A stretch of 63,909 nucleotides of DNA from Octopus bimaculoides (taxonomy: Eukaryota). Made by a program: the position numbers and the translations under genes. How positions within the stretch are numbered: the stretch's first letter is position 1; each line of letters opens with the position of its first letter. The notes under the pieces were generated by a model. The model did not search any database. It saw only the letters and a list, made by a program, of their open reading frames with translations, and was not told where the DNA came from. Positions 53,480 through 63,909 of the stretch are shown in pieces. The DNA lies in the NCBI RefSeq assembly GCF_001194135.2, contig NC_068993.1:38303357-38367265 (forward strand), given 5' to 3'.

Positions 53480-53647
53480 TATATGGCAAAAAGTTAGCTT
53501 CCCAACCACATGGTTCCATGTTCAGTCCCACTATATGGCACCTTGGGCAAACGTCTTCTACTATAGCTTTGGGCTGATCAGTGAATTTGGTAGACGGAAA
53601 CTGAAAGAAGCCCATTTATATATATATATATATATATATATCATCAT

Positions 53648-53720
<73 letters not shown>

Positions 53721-53913
53721 GACATATGTATTTATGTGTGTGTGTATGTGTTTGTGTTTGTTCCTCTGCTATCGCTTGATAACTAATGCTGGTGTGTTTA
53801 TGTCCCTGTAACTTAGCAGTTTGGCGAAAGATATCGATAAAATAAGTACTGGGCTTAAAAAATAAGTCCTGGGGTTGATTCGTTCGACTATAACCGTTCG
53901 AGTCAAGGTGTGG
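53480..53913 (+). mobile_element. Composite SINE family A, ends at gap
   Basis: Family blocks plus internal TA/TG run. Confidence 0.8.
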
Positions 53914-54794
53914 NNNNNNNNNNNNNNNNNNNNNNNNNNNNNNNNNNNNNNNNNNNNNNNNNNNNNNNNNNNNNNNNNNNNNNNNNNNNNNNNNNNNNNN
54001 NNNNNNNNNNNNNNNNNNNNNNNNNNNNNNNNNNNNNNNNNNNNNNNNNNNNNNNNNNNNNNNNNNNNNNNNNNNNNNNNNNNNNNNNNNNNAGAGAGAG
54101 AGAGAGAGAAAGAGAGGCAGGCAGACAGGCAGACAGAAAGACAGACAGATAGATAAATAGATAGTTAGATTGAAAGATTAAAGCAGAATTGAAAAGAAAA
54201 GCAAATAGTTTGGCGAGACTTGGTAAGGACATTTAATTTAGTTATATAACAAAAAAGTATATAGCTAATAAAAAAAGTAAATGGTCAAATCAAAATAATG
54301 AAATAATATACAAATATATATTCACACAAGTCTGGGCAAGGTTGTTTATGGAAGACCAGCAGTCACCCATGCATACTAGCCTCCCTTCTCCATGCCACTG
54401 TTGTTATCCAAGGGAAAGGCAAAGGCCGATACATCTTGACACCATGAAGTCGCAACTCATTTCTACAGCTGAGTAAACTGGAGCAACGTGAAATAAAGTG
54501 TCTTGCTCAAGGGCACAACACGTAGTCCAGTCTGGGAATCAAACTCACTACCTCATGATTGTGAGCTTGGTGCTCTAACCATTGAACCATGCACCTTCAC
54601 ATGACTGTCATACAATCAGCATCATTTGTTTGTAGTCTCCTTTGCAAACCTGTCTTAACTTGGGGTAAAATGTTGCCTTGCCTGGCAAGGGTGAGGGTTG
54701 GTGATTAGAAGAGTATCCAGTTTCCAGTGGTACAAAATTCTGCCTTACCAATTTTGTCTGATTTGTGCTATCCTCTTTTAGTTTCTGTCTGCTA

Positions 54795-55080
54795 GATTTT
54801 CTCACAGAGCTATATCAAAATCTATGCAAAGTGACCAAGAAGATCCAATGGAGAAAAATGAGTATTGCTGGTCATTGCATCAGGCACCCAGAAGAACCTG
54901 TGAGTCAAATGGTCATATGGCGGTCAGTTGAAAGAAGAATGGACAGGGGAAAAATGTCTAACCTGTGTGGACAACATGCTTCAGGACAGTGGAATGGCAA
55001 ACGTTGGTGAATTAAAAACATGCATGGGGGACTGTGATGGACGGTGTGCTTGTGTGAAATCACTGAAGCATCAAGGAAGA
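54795..55080 (+). mobile_element. RTE/RTEX-type LINE ORF C-terminal fragment
   Basis: KIQWRKMSIAGHCIRHPEEPVSQMVIW..RGK; frameshifted CVDNMLQDSG..ELKTCM (AGHC.RH motif typical of RTE 3' ends). Confidence 0.7.
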
Positions 55081-55214
55081 TAGCCAAACTAAACTACAGT
55101 GGAAGATACCAAAGTGTCATGCAGTGGGGCTGAACTTGAAATCAGATGGTTGCAAAGTAAATTTCTTAACCACACAGCCATGAAATTGATAATAGAACAA
55201 AATAGAAAAAAAAA

Positions 55215-55750
55215 TGTGGCAAGAAGTTTGCTTCCCAACTACAGGGTTCTGAGTTCAGTCCTACTGTGTGGCACCTTGGGCAAGTGTACAAAGCCTTGTG
55301 AGTGGTTTTGATACACAGAAACTGAAAGAAGCCTGTTGTGTGTATAAATATATATGTACATATGTGTGTGTGTGTGTCTGTATGTGTGTGCATGCATGTG
55401 TGCATGTGTGTATTTGAATCTGTATTTGTTCCCCACACCGCTCCCTGGCAATCAGCCTTGGTGTGTTTATGTTCCTGTAACTTAATAATTTGGCAGAAAA
55501 TAGTAATAGAACAAGTACTAGGCGTAAAAAATATATACTGGGGTTGATTTGTTTGACTAAAATTCTTCAAGGTGATGCTCCAGTGTGGCCTTAGTCTAAT
55601 GACTGGAATAAGTAAAAAATGAAAGATAAAATTATTTGAATGAATAAATAATTCAAAGGCCAAAATAAGACAAAATATTGAAAGATAATAGAAAATCGTT
55701 GTGCCCCAGCATGGCCACAGTCTAATAACTGAAACAAGTTAAAAAAAAAG
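55215..55750 (+). mobile_element. Composite SINE family A with a duplicated 3' block
   Basis: CCAG..TGGCC..AGTCTAAT..CTG.AA.AAGT.AAAA occurs twice (about 55580-55620 and 55705-55745). Confidence 0.75.
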
Positions 55751-56143
55751 ATAAAAGATACAGAAGAATTATCACAAGACATTTTTTTCCTGGTGTTTCA
55801 ATAATTCTGTAAGCTTATCAATTCCAAAATAAATCAAAACCAAAAATAAATATCAAAATATAAAAGATGTTTTTTGAAATGGAATAAATTTACCGCAAGG
55901 TTTATAATTGTGCTTTGCAACAAACAAACAATCTGCAAACAGACAGACAAAAAAGAAAAGGAAAAAAAAAAAAGAATGGTCTTAATCATATTCTTCTCCT
56001 TCTTTGCAGAATAATATATATCATACGTTTTGGTTAAGAACTATTGTTCATATTTTGTCTTTGATAAAAGCCATAAGTAAAGAATTAAATAAGTAAAGGT
56101 TTAGAATTATGTCTGAAAGATTAAGTCATGTCTACAAATAATA

Positions 56144-56178
<35 letters not shown>

Positions 56179-56542
56179 TAAATATATAGGAGTAGGATGT
56201 AATGGAGGCTGAGTAGATAGAAGAAAGGGAAAAGAAAGGGATTAAATTAAATAACCGTGAATATTTCCAGATAAAGGCTAGGGTGCAGGATGTCTGTATT
56301 TGTTATGCGTCTACATGCATCAGTGCATCACCATGTGTGTGGTGTGAGTGCGTGTATAGGTATGAATGCATATATGCGTGCGTGTGTGTATATATATATA
56401 TATATTTATAAATATATATATATATTTATAAATACACTCCCTCTCACACACACACATATATCGTGAGAGAGAGAGTGGGAGGAGAAAAAGAGAGTTAAAC
56501 TCAAAGATATAGATTTGTATCTACACACTCAAATATCCCACC

Positions 56543-56588
<46 letters not shown>

Positions 56589-56944
56589 CGTACATACATG
56601 AATACATACATATATACATACATATATATATAATGCATACTAATACACACACACAGATGCACATATATATGTGTTTATGTATACACACACAAACATATAT
56701 ATATATAGGTACATATATGCATATACATATATGTATTTATATATGTGTGTATACATGTCTACATGTACACACACACATATATATATGTATATAGATACAT
56801 ATATGCATATACATATATGTATTTATATGTGTGTATACATGTCTACATGTACACACACACACACACACATATATATGTATATAGATACATACATGCTTAT
56901 ACATATATATATTTATATATGTGTGTATACGTGTCTACATGTAT

Positions 56945-56982
<38 letters not shown>

Positions 56983-57608
56983 GTCTATATAAATGAAAAC
57001 TGCAGATGTGAAGCGAGCCAAACCAAATGACTAAGACACGTGGCTGACATATTGATAGACAAAGATAAATGGTTTCAATCAATAAGCAGCCACAATATTT
57101 CACACTTTATACAGATAAATCAGGATGATCTTCACTCATGCAGTTATGCTTCATGAGATATATAAATATGGAGTTAGGTGTTATCATCGCCGTCATCATC
57201 ATCATCATCACCATCACTGAAAACATTGATATTTTATACCACCACCACCATTGCTACCAATGATGATAAGAGGAATAGCTTCATCACACACAACTTCTTC
57301 TTCTGCCCAATCATCATTCTTACTGTTGTTCTTGTTTTTGTCATCGCCATCACCATCATCATCCATGCTACCATCGTCATCATCTTTTTTATCATCATCA
57401 CCACTGTTGTTATTGATGACCTCCTCCTCTATCTCTCCTCCTCCTCTTCTTCCTCCTCCTTTCTTATTTTTCCTCTTCTTCCTCTTTCCCTCATTCTTCT
57501 CCTCCCCTCTCTTCATTCTCCCATCCTGTATTTTCCAGTATAACTGATATCTAGAAATAATACATTTCTAAATCTCTCAGAGATTTATGCAGTCGTGATA
57601 CGATGAAG

Positions 57609-57852
57609 TAGTTGTATGCTGTCAACTTAACGTGACAGTCCCCTGAAGGGAACAATATGACGAGCAAAGACTCAGAAACATGTCTCTGGATGCAGGCTTA
57701 GCTGGGTGGAAGTGCTTGTCTCCCCCTTGTAAACATAAGGACACAAGAAATGTGTCAAGGCCAACAGGAAGCGGTGCAGCTTCCTAGGTCTAACCAACAG
57801 TAATATTATTCCCTTCAGGGGACTGTCACATTAAGTTGACAGCAAACAACTA
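57609..57852. mobile_element. 244-bp MITE with 50-bp TIRs
   Basis: TAGTTGTATGCTGTCAACTTAACGTGACAGTCCCCTGAAGGGAACAATAT (57609-57658) versus inverted copy 57803-57852, 3 mismatches. Confidence 0.9.
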
Positions 57853-58628
57853 TAACTGATATCATTCTAAATCCTGTTGCATTTCACATGGAAATTTTGG
57901 TCCTCCATAGTCATCTTGATGTATAAGTAAATCCACCTTTTTTTACTCTAAATTTTGGCCTGAAATTTCGATTTCTACACCGAAAAATAACATTAGGTTG
58001 ATTGCATCAACAATGTGCTCAACTGATTCTTGTTTCAGCAGCTCTGAAAGGATGAAAGGCAAACTCAAGCTTGGCAGGATTTGAACTCATGATATAAAGA
58101 GCTGGAAGAAATACCGCTAACAGTTTGTCTGATAAGTTAACAATTCTATCAGTTCACCACCTTTTATTAATAACGGTTTCAGATTTTTGGCACAAGGCCA
58201 GTAATTTCGAGGGCACAGGTGTGTTAAATTGGTTACATCAACCCCAATACTCAACTGCTCCTTATTTTATCGACCCTGAAAGGATGAACTGTAAAGTTGA
58301 CCTCAGTAGAATTTGAACTCAGAATGTAAGGATAGATGAATTGTCGGAAACATTTTACCCAGCATGCAAATGATCCTGTCAGTTTGCTGCTAATCACCTT
58401 CTAGTAATAATGGAATAATTATTGCATTGTGCATGACTATTTGCATCTCTGTTTTCAATATCCATAAGTAGGTTCACATACAAAATATGCTGGGCACTGT
58501 TGTGTATGTCTTAGAATAACTGCTAGAATAAGTACTAGGATTACAAAGAATAAGTTCTGGGGTCGATTTGTTCAACTAAAGACAGTGCTCCAGCATGGCC
58601 ACAGTCAAATGAGTGAAACAAGTAAAAG

Positions 58629-58670
<42 letters not shown>

Positions 58671-60629
58671 CCACATGATAATCTCTTTCAGTTTCTTTTC
58701 ACCTAATCCATTCATAACACTGAGGCTATAGTAGGAAACACTTGGCCTATGTACCATGCAGTGGAACTGAACCAGGAACCATATGGTTGGGAAGCAAGCT
58801 TCTTACCACACAGCCATATGTTTATGTATTAGGGGACAGCATGAAGTGTTATACTTAAGGACCTGATTTTCTTTAATGAAACTTGAAATTATAATCTACA
58901 CTTCATTACCATTTAAATTAGATTCCTGTTAATGAATTTTATTTCATTTAATTTTGTTTGTCTCTTAGAAAGACAAGCTTAATTAAAATGGTTCCACGGA
59001 AAATTATTGTTGTGTCTCTGAAAATACAATTACAAACTAGAAACAGCTGTTTAAGTGTCAATGTCTTTTGGACATACATAACCCACACCAACCGTATTCA
59101 AAGGTGAGGACAATGTTGCTGCTGCTGCTACTACTGCTGCTGTCAATTATGATAGTGATGATAATGGTAAGAGGGATGATACCAGTGGGGACCAAATGGA
59201 TGATGATGATGGTTATTGTAATATTATTATTATTATTATTGTTATTGTTATTATCATTATTATTATTGTTGTTATTACTGAAGAAACAAAAGAAAAAGAG
59301 AAGGCAGAGAGGGAAGTGTTCTTTGCTTTGTAAAAAGGTGTCAAAAGGTGGTTGACTGTGGCAAAAATGATAGGGTAAAAAGAAATCCTCCTCCTCCTCC
59401 TCCCATGCACCAGCGCCACCACTGCCGCTGCTGTTGCCGCTGCTGCTGCCGCCACCACCACCTCCACCTCCATCATCATTTCCCACTGAGGTCAAATTTG
59501 CCTTTCATCCATCGAGGGTGGGGTCGATAAAATAGAGTACCAGCCAAGTACCTTCAAAATGGCTGACCTTGTTTCTAAATCATATTACTGTTATGTTGTT
59601 GTTGCTGTTGTATTTGATATGGGGGAAAATGTGAGACTTGTTGCTTTGTAGAATTTGGTTTTAACAAGATTAATTGAAGAGGAAAAAGCATTTATGTTTA
59701 AATTTTTTTTTTTTTTTTCAAAGAATCTTTTTGAAATATTTCTGGATTTGTTTCTCCATATGGAGAGAGAGGAGGAAATAGGTTAGTTTTTTTTTTTTCA
59801 GACATTTTAAGCACTGACTTGTGTGTGTATGTGTGACATTCATACTGAAAGGGGTTACCACAAGCTTGAGAGATGACACCCAGTAAAAAAGCTCAAGTAA
59901 ATATAAAAGAGACACCAAAAAAACAAACAAGAATATAAAATGAAAAAAGGAAAACCTGTTTAATCACACAATAAAACATTGGCATTTCCTAAGAAGAATA
60001 AACAAGAGCATTTTTGACACAAAAGACTTATTAGTGATGTAAACATTTGTAATGATATTAGAAACCGCTGCTACAACAACATCAACACTCGCATTCACTT
60101 ACATATTGTACCAAATGAAAGTATGCAATATATTGTAAATGGTATTAACGGCAGTTGAAATAGGTTTATTAACATTATTGAATATAAAATGAATACAAAG
60201 CAGGCAGCATGGTAGTAGTGTGTTACCAAGACATGCACCTCTTTGCTTGAGTAATTCTCAAAACATGAAGAGAAAGGTGACATATCTCTGCCTTATGAAA
60301 AGTGGAGGAGTGTTTGTAAGAAAGCTTACAAAAGTGCACCAGGCTATGGTTACTAAGTGCATGGTTACATTCAGTAGCAATCAGTGATGCCACCGTTTTT
60401 GGTTGGGTAGCAACTAGTGATATTCCTGGATATTTCATGTCAACAAATTACCCTCAGGTTCTGCGCTTTTAAGTTCCTTGAGAAGAAATCAATTTCCTAA
60501 ATTCAAAAACAGATGAAGGTTGATGACAGGAAGTGCATCCAGCTGTAGAAATTCTGCCTCAGCTTCCTTCCATCTAAGTCATGCTACAAGACAAAATAAA
60601 CCTTAAACAAAACAATCATATTTTCTATT

Positions 60630-60880
60630 GGATCAATTATTCACCAACCTGCCTCCTGACTCACAAGGGCTGGTTTCCCAATTTCCTTGGCACATAAATT
60701 TCCCCACATGGACGGGATGCAGGTCTGGCACAAAATTACTCACTTTTGCCAGCTGAGTGGACTGGAACAATGAAACATGAAGTGTTTTGCTCAAAAACAA
60801 TGCATTGCCCTGTCCAGGGATCGAAATCACAATCTTATGATCATGAGTTCAACACTCTAACCACTAAGTTACGTCCCTCC
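60630..60880 (-). mobile_element. tRNA-derived SINE
   Basis: Reverse complement contains AACTTAGTGGTTAGAG (A-box-like) and GATTTCGATCCC (B-box-like); body like 10741-10995. Confidence 0.75.
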
Positions 60881-61278
60881 ACATGTCTAGCCATGGGGAA
60901 ATATTATCTTACTTGAAAACAAGTGAGGACTGACAACAGGAAGAGCATCTGACCATATAGAAAATCCATCTCAAGAAATTGTTTGACCCTTGAAAGCATG
61001 GATAAGTAAATGTTAAAATGATGATGATATACCAACTTACCTACCTACATACCTACATATCTACCTACTTACCTACCTACCTTCCTACCTATCTGGCATA
61101 TTTCATAGTCAACTGGTATATTTTTTTAATCTCTTTTTGTTATGTAACTAGAAAATAATAAAATGAATCTTAACAAAAAAGAAAACAGCTGGAGCTATTG
61201 CTAAAGGTTATAAATGTAAATAAAATATACTAGAAAAATAAAAATGAATAAATAAAGATATATGTGTGAGTGTGTGTA

Positions 61279-61470
61279 TTGACAGTGACTTCGAGCGTTC
61301 AGCCAGCTAAACCATTGTTCGACAATGGCTTAGCTGGCCAAAACTTCCAAGTCACTGTCAACAACATTCTTATTTAAGGATAATAAATTTGTAATCTACA
61401 AAAATATAGAGTAAGCCATCAGATTTAATGTAAAATTGTTTTTATTATAACTCACCATAAAAACAGACAT
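61279..61470. mobile_element. Fold-back copy of the 30266-30460 family
   Basis: 40-bp arms 61279-61318 / 61322-61361 with a 3-nt centre; contains AAAACTTCCAAGTCACTGTC (decayed GAAA-CTTCGAAGT-C-ACTGTC). Confidence 0.7.
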
Positions 61471-61512
61471 TAACACAGACACATACACACACACATCTAT
61501 ATACATATACAT

Positions 61513-61574
<62 letters not shown>

Positions 61575-62635
61575 GCATGTACACACATGCACTGCACATA
61601 CATATCTGTTTTACTATTACATAATGAAGCATACACAAAGACCTATGCTCCAATTATACTGAGATAACACATGCATGGATTTATTTTCAGTATGAAAGGC
61701 TGTGTCTTGTGTTTGTTTCAATACATAAATATTTCAAAGAAAATCTATTCTATTAACATGTCTATAACCTCAGACATACTTAATTGACTACATAGACAGA
61801 CATACATAAATGCATGCATTATGGTTTGATAGAGAAAACTTTTACTAATAATTTTTTTTTTTTTCACTTGAAAGAAAATTCCTCAAATAAGCAGTTTGAT
61901 AAAAGTTTTCTGTATGAGACAGTGAGTCCAACTCTACATTCCATGTATTGAGTACTATATTTTAATTAATTGTGGTTAACATTGATGTTTCTAAGAGACA
62001 TTTTGAATAGGAGGAAGTGAGTCACTTGGATTGTTCAGTAGGTAAATTGTCTTGTGTACTAGTGACAAAAGGCTTGTGGAAACATGCATATGTTTAGTAC
62101 TGACTATATGAAAAATGAGTAATCTATATGATAAGTAGCAATCCAAGTGGCAAGCTGGCAAAATCATTAACATGCTGGGCAAAATGCTGGGTGGCATTTC
62201 ATCAGTCTTTACAATCTGAATTCAAATTTCCATTGAGGTTGACTTTACAATTCATAGTTTTGGGATCAGTAAAATAAGTACCCAGGCAATTAAATGATAT
62301 TGAGGTAGGATTTGCACGCCAGCAACGACTACCCGAAACAGACCCATGGGTTGGAGGGTTGTCACCTGAGTGACAAAGGAAAAACAGCCGGAGCTATCGC
62401 TAAAAGTTGTAAATGTTGATAAAATACAATAGAAAAATAAAAATTAATATTTTGAAAAATAAAAACTAATATATAGGTGCAGGCGTGGCTCTGTGGTAAA
62501 TAGCTTGCTTCTCAACCACATGGTAGTGGGTTCAGTCCCAGTGCATGGCATCTTGGGCAAGTGTCTTCTAATATAGCCTTGGGCTGACTAAAGCCTTGTG
62601 AGTGGATTTGGTAGATGGAAATTGAAAGAAGCCCG

Positions 62636-62683
<48 letters not shown>

Positions 62684-62685
<2 letters not shown>

Positions 62686-62850
62686 GAGAATTTACGAAAA
62701 AAACAACAACAGACGAGGACAGGTGGTGTAAACAACAAAAGGATGTATTAGTTTAACGCTCTGGAATAGAGAAAGTCTTTAACGTTTCGAGCAACGCTCT
62801 TCAACAGAAAGAATAAGGAGAAAAACACAGAGAAAAAAAATTCGGAGAAA
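62684..62850 (-). mobile_element. Penelope-like element end with a hammerhead-like motif (62776-62812)
   Basis: Reverse complement TCTTT-CTGTTGA-A-GAGC-GTT-GCTC-GAAA-C-GTT-AAAGA; homologous to 20140-20308. Confidence 0.7.
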
Positions 62851-63413
62851 ATATTAGTTATAGAATAAAAACGTTAGGTTAATGACTCAACATACCACAC
62901 TCCCTCAATGATCATATATAAGAAATACAACATAATCCACCAAACATAAGGAATAAAGGGATATAAAAATAACGTAGGACAAATAAAATAAATAAAAGAA
63001 TAAGAAATATATAAGAAATAAGATGCAAAATATAGAACGTATAATATAAAAATTTATACACAAATATATTATTTCAACCGATAACATACAAATAAATTAA
63101 GAATAAATTTGAGTTCAAGGTACAACTCAATATACATGTATATTATTTCATAAAAGTTCCAAATCAAGTTAAAGTTAAAATTAATACGATTAAAAATTCA
63201 AATATATAATATAGATCGAAATAAAATAAAATAAAATAAAATAAAGAAATGGGGTAAAACAAAATAGTCTATTGGTTAAAAATCAATGACAAAACTTTAA
63301 AATTATTTAACATTATTTAGAGTTAAAATATAAAGTTCTATACTTCCCTCGTGTATATTTTATAATTTAAAACAGCAGACAAGAATAGGTAAGTCCGTAT
63401 CAGTTTAGTATAC

Positions 63414-63630
63414 ACAAGAGATCACAAAAACACGGGTCGAAGGTGAATACAAGCACCCAGCAGATATCAGCATGTAAAATTCATTTCTACTTACCATGTC
63501 CAAAAGTTCACGAAACACATGGGTCGAAAGACAAATACAGCACCCAGCAGCTATCAATCGGTAAAATCCATTTCAACCATCATTTACAAGAGTTCACAAA
63601 AAACATGAGTCAAAAAGCAAATACAGCACC
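63414..63630. repeat. Diverged 86-bp tandem repeat x2.5
   Basis: Units start near 63414, 63500 and 63586; shared AAATACAGCACC and GTAAAAT.CATTTC blocks. Confidence 0.85.
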
Positions 63631-63631
63631 T

Positions 63632-63909
63632 ATGGCCATTTCGGGGGTACACCACTGTATTCTAAACACAATAGAGTGCAAGGCACTCCTGCTATTCCGT
63701 CGCTTGTGCAATGCCTGCGGTGGGGGTTCCACCGCATTCTTCTATAGAGGGCTTGTAGAGGCGAAATGTGATGACACCTTAGGGGAAACCCTAGGTCTCG
63801 ACGAAAGTCAGCTGGCCAGTCTATTCCGACGTACATTCGGGCCAAAGACCCTGGATAATTTTCAGAAGTCTCTGGCATGGCAGTGTTACCGAGGGGCCTT
63901 ACCTGTTCG
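63632..63909 (+). mobile_element. Tx1/L1-clade LINE ORF2 C-terminal region (start of the zf-RVT-type domain), open to window end
   Basis: Uninterrupted frame MAISGVHH..FFYRGLVEAKCDDTLGETLGLDESQLASLFRRTFGPKTLDNFQKSLAWQCYRGALPV; W..RGALPV precedes the C-terminal CCHC in Tx1-type ORF2. Not in the ORF track because no stop is reached. Confidence 0.8.

Overview
Eukaryotic, AT-rich, repeat-saturated draft-scaffold DNA with about 4.8 kb of N gaps. The SINE, microsatellite and transposon families look like Octopus; this is recognition from memory, not a search result. I can support no intact protein-coding gene. Most ORF-track entries are translations of (TA)n, (CA)n, (AAT)n, (GAT)n repeats or of N runs. 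Real coding remnants are transposon-derived: DD34D mariner and DD37D-like Tc1/mariner transposase fragments, R4/Dong-type restriction-endonuclease LINE 3' ends, an RTE-type LINE end, a Tx1-type LINE fragment at the window end and a Ty3/gypsy gag fragment. There is also one decayed C2H2 zinc-finger segment (22340-22780, minus). The most interesting signal is non-coding: about a dozen type I hammerhead-ribozyme (HHR) motifs in several sequence-unrelated short elements, most with a palindromic stem III that implies dimer-dependent cleavage. One HHR is fully canonical (43787-43861). It sits in a 460-nt head-to-tail unit whose 5' insertion boundary matches the predicted cleavage site, as expected for a retrozyme or Penelope pLTR. 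Several others form inverted fold-back pairs, and one pair brackets a captured inverted copy of nearby DNA. All folding and alignment was done by eye; element boundaries are approximate unless base coordinates are given.
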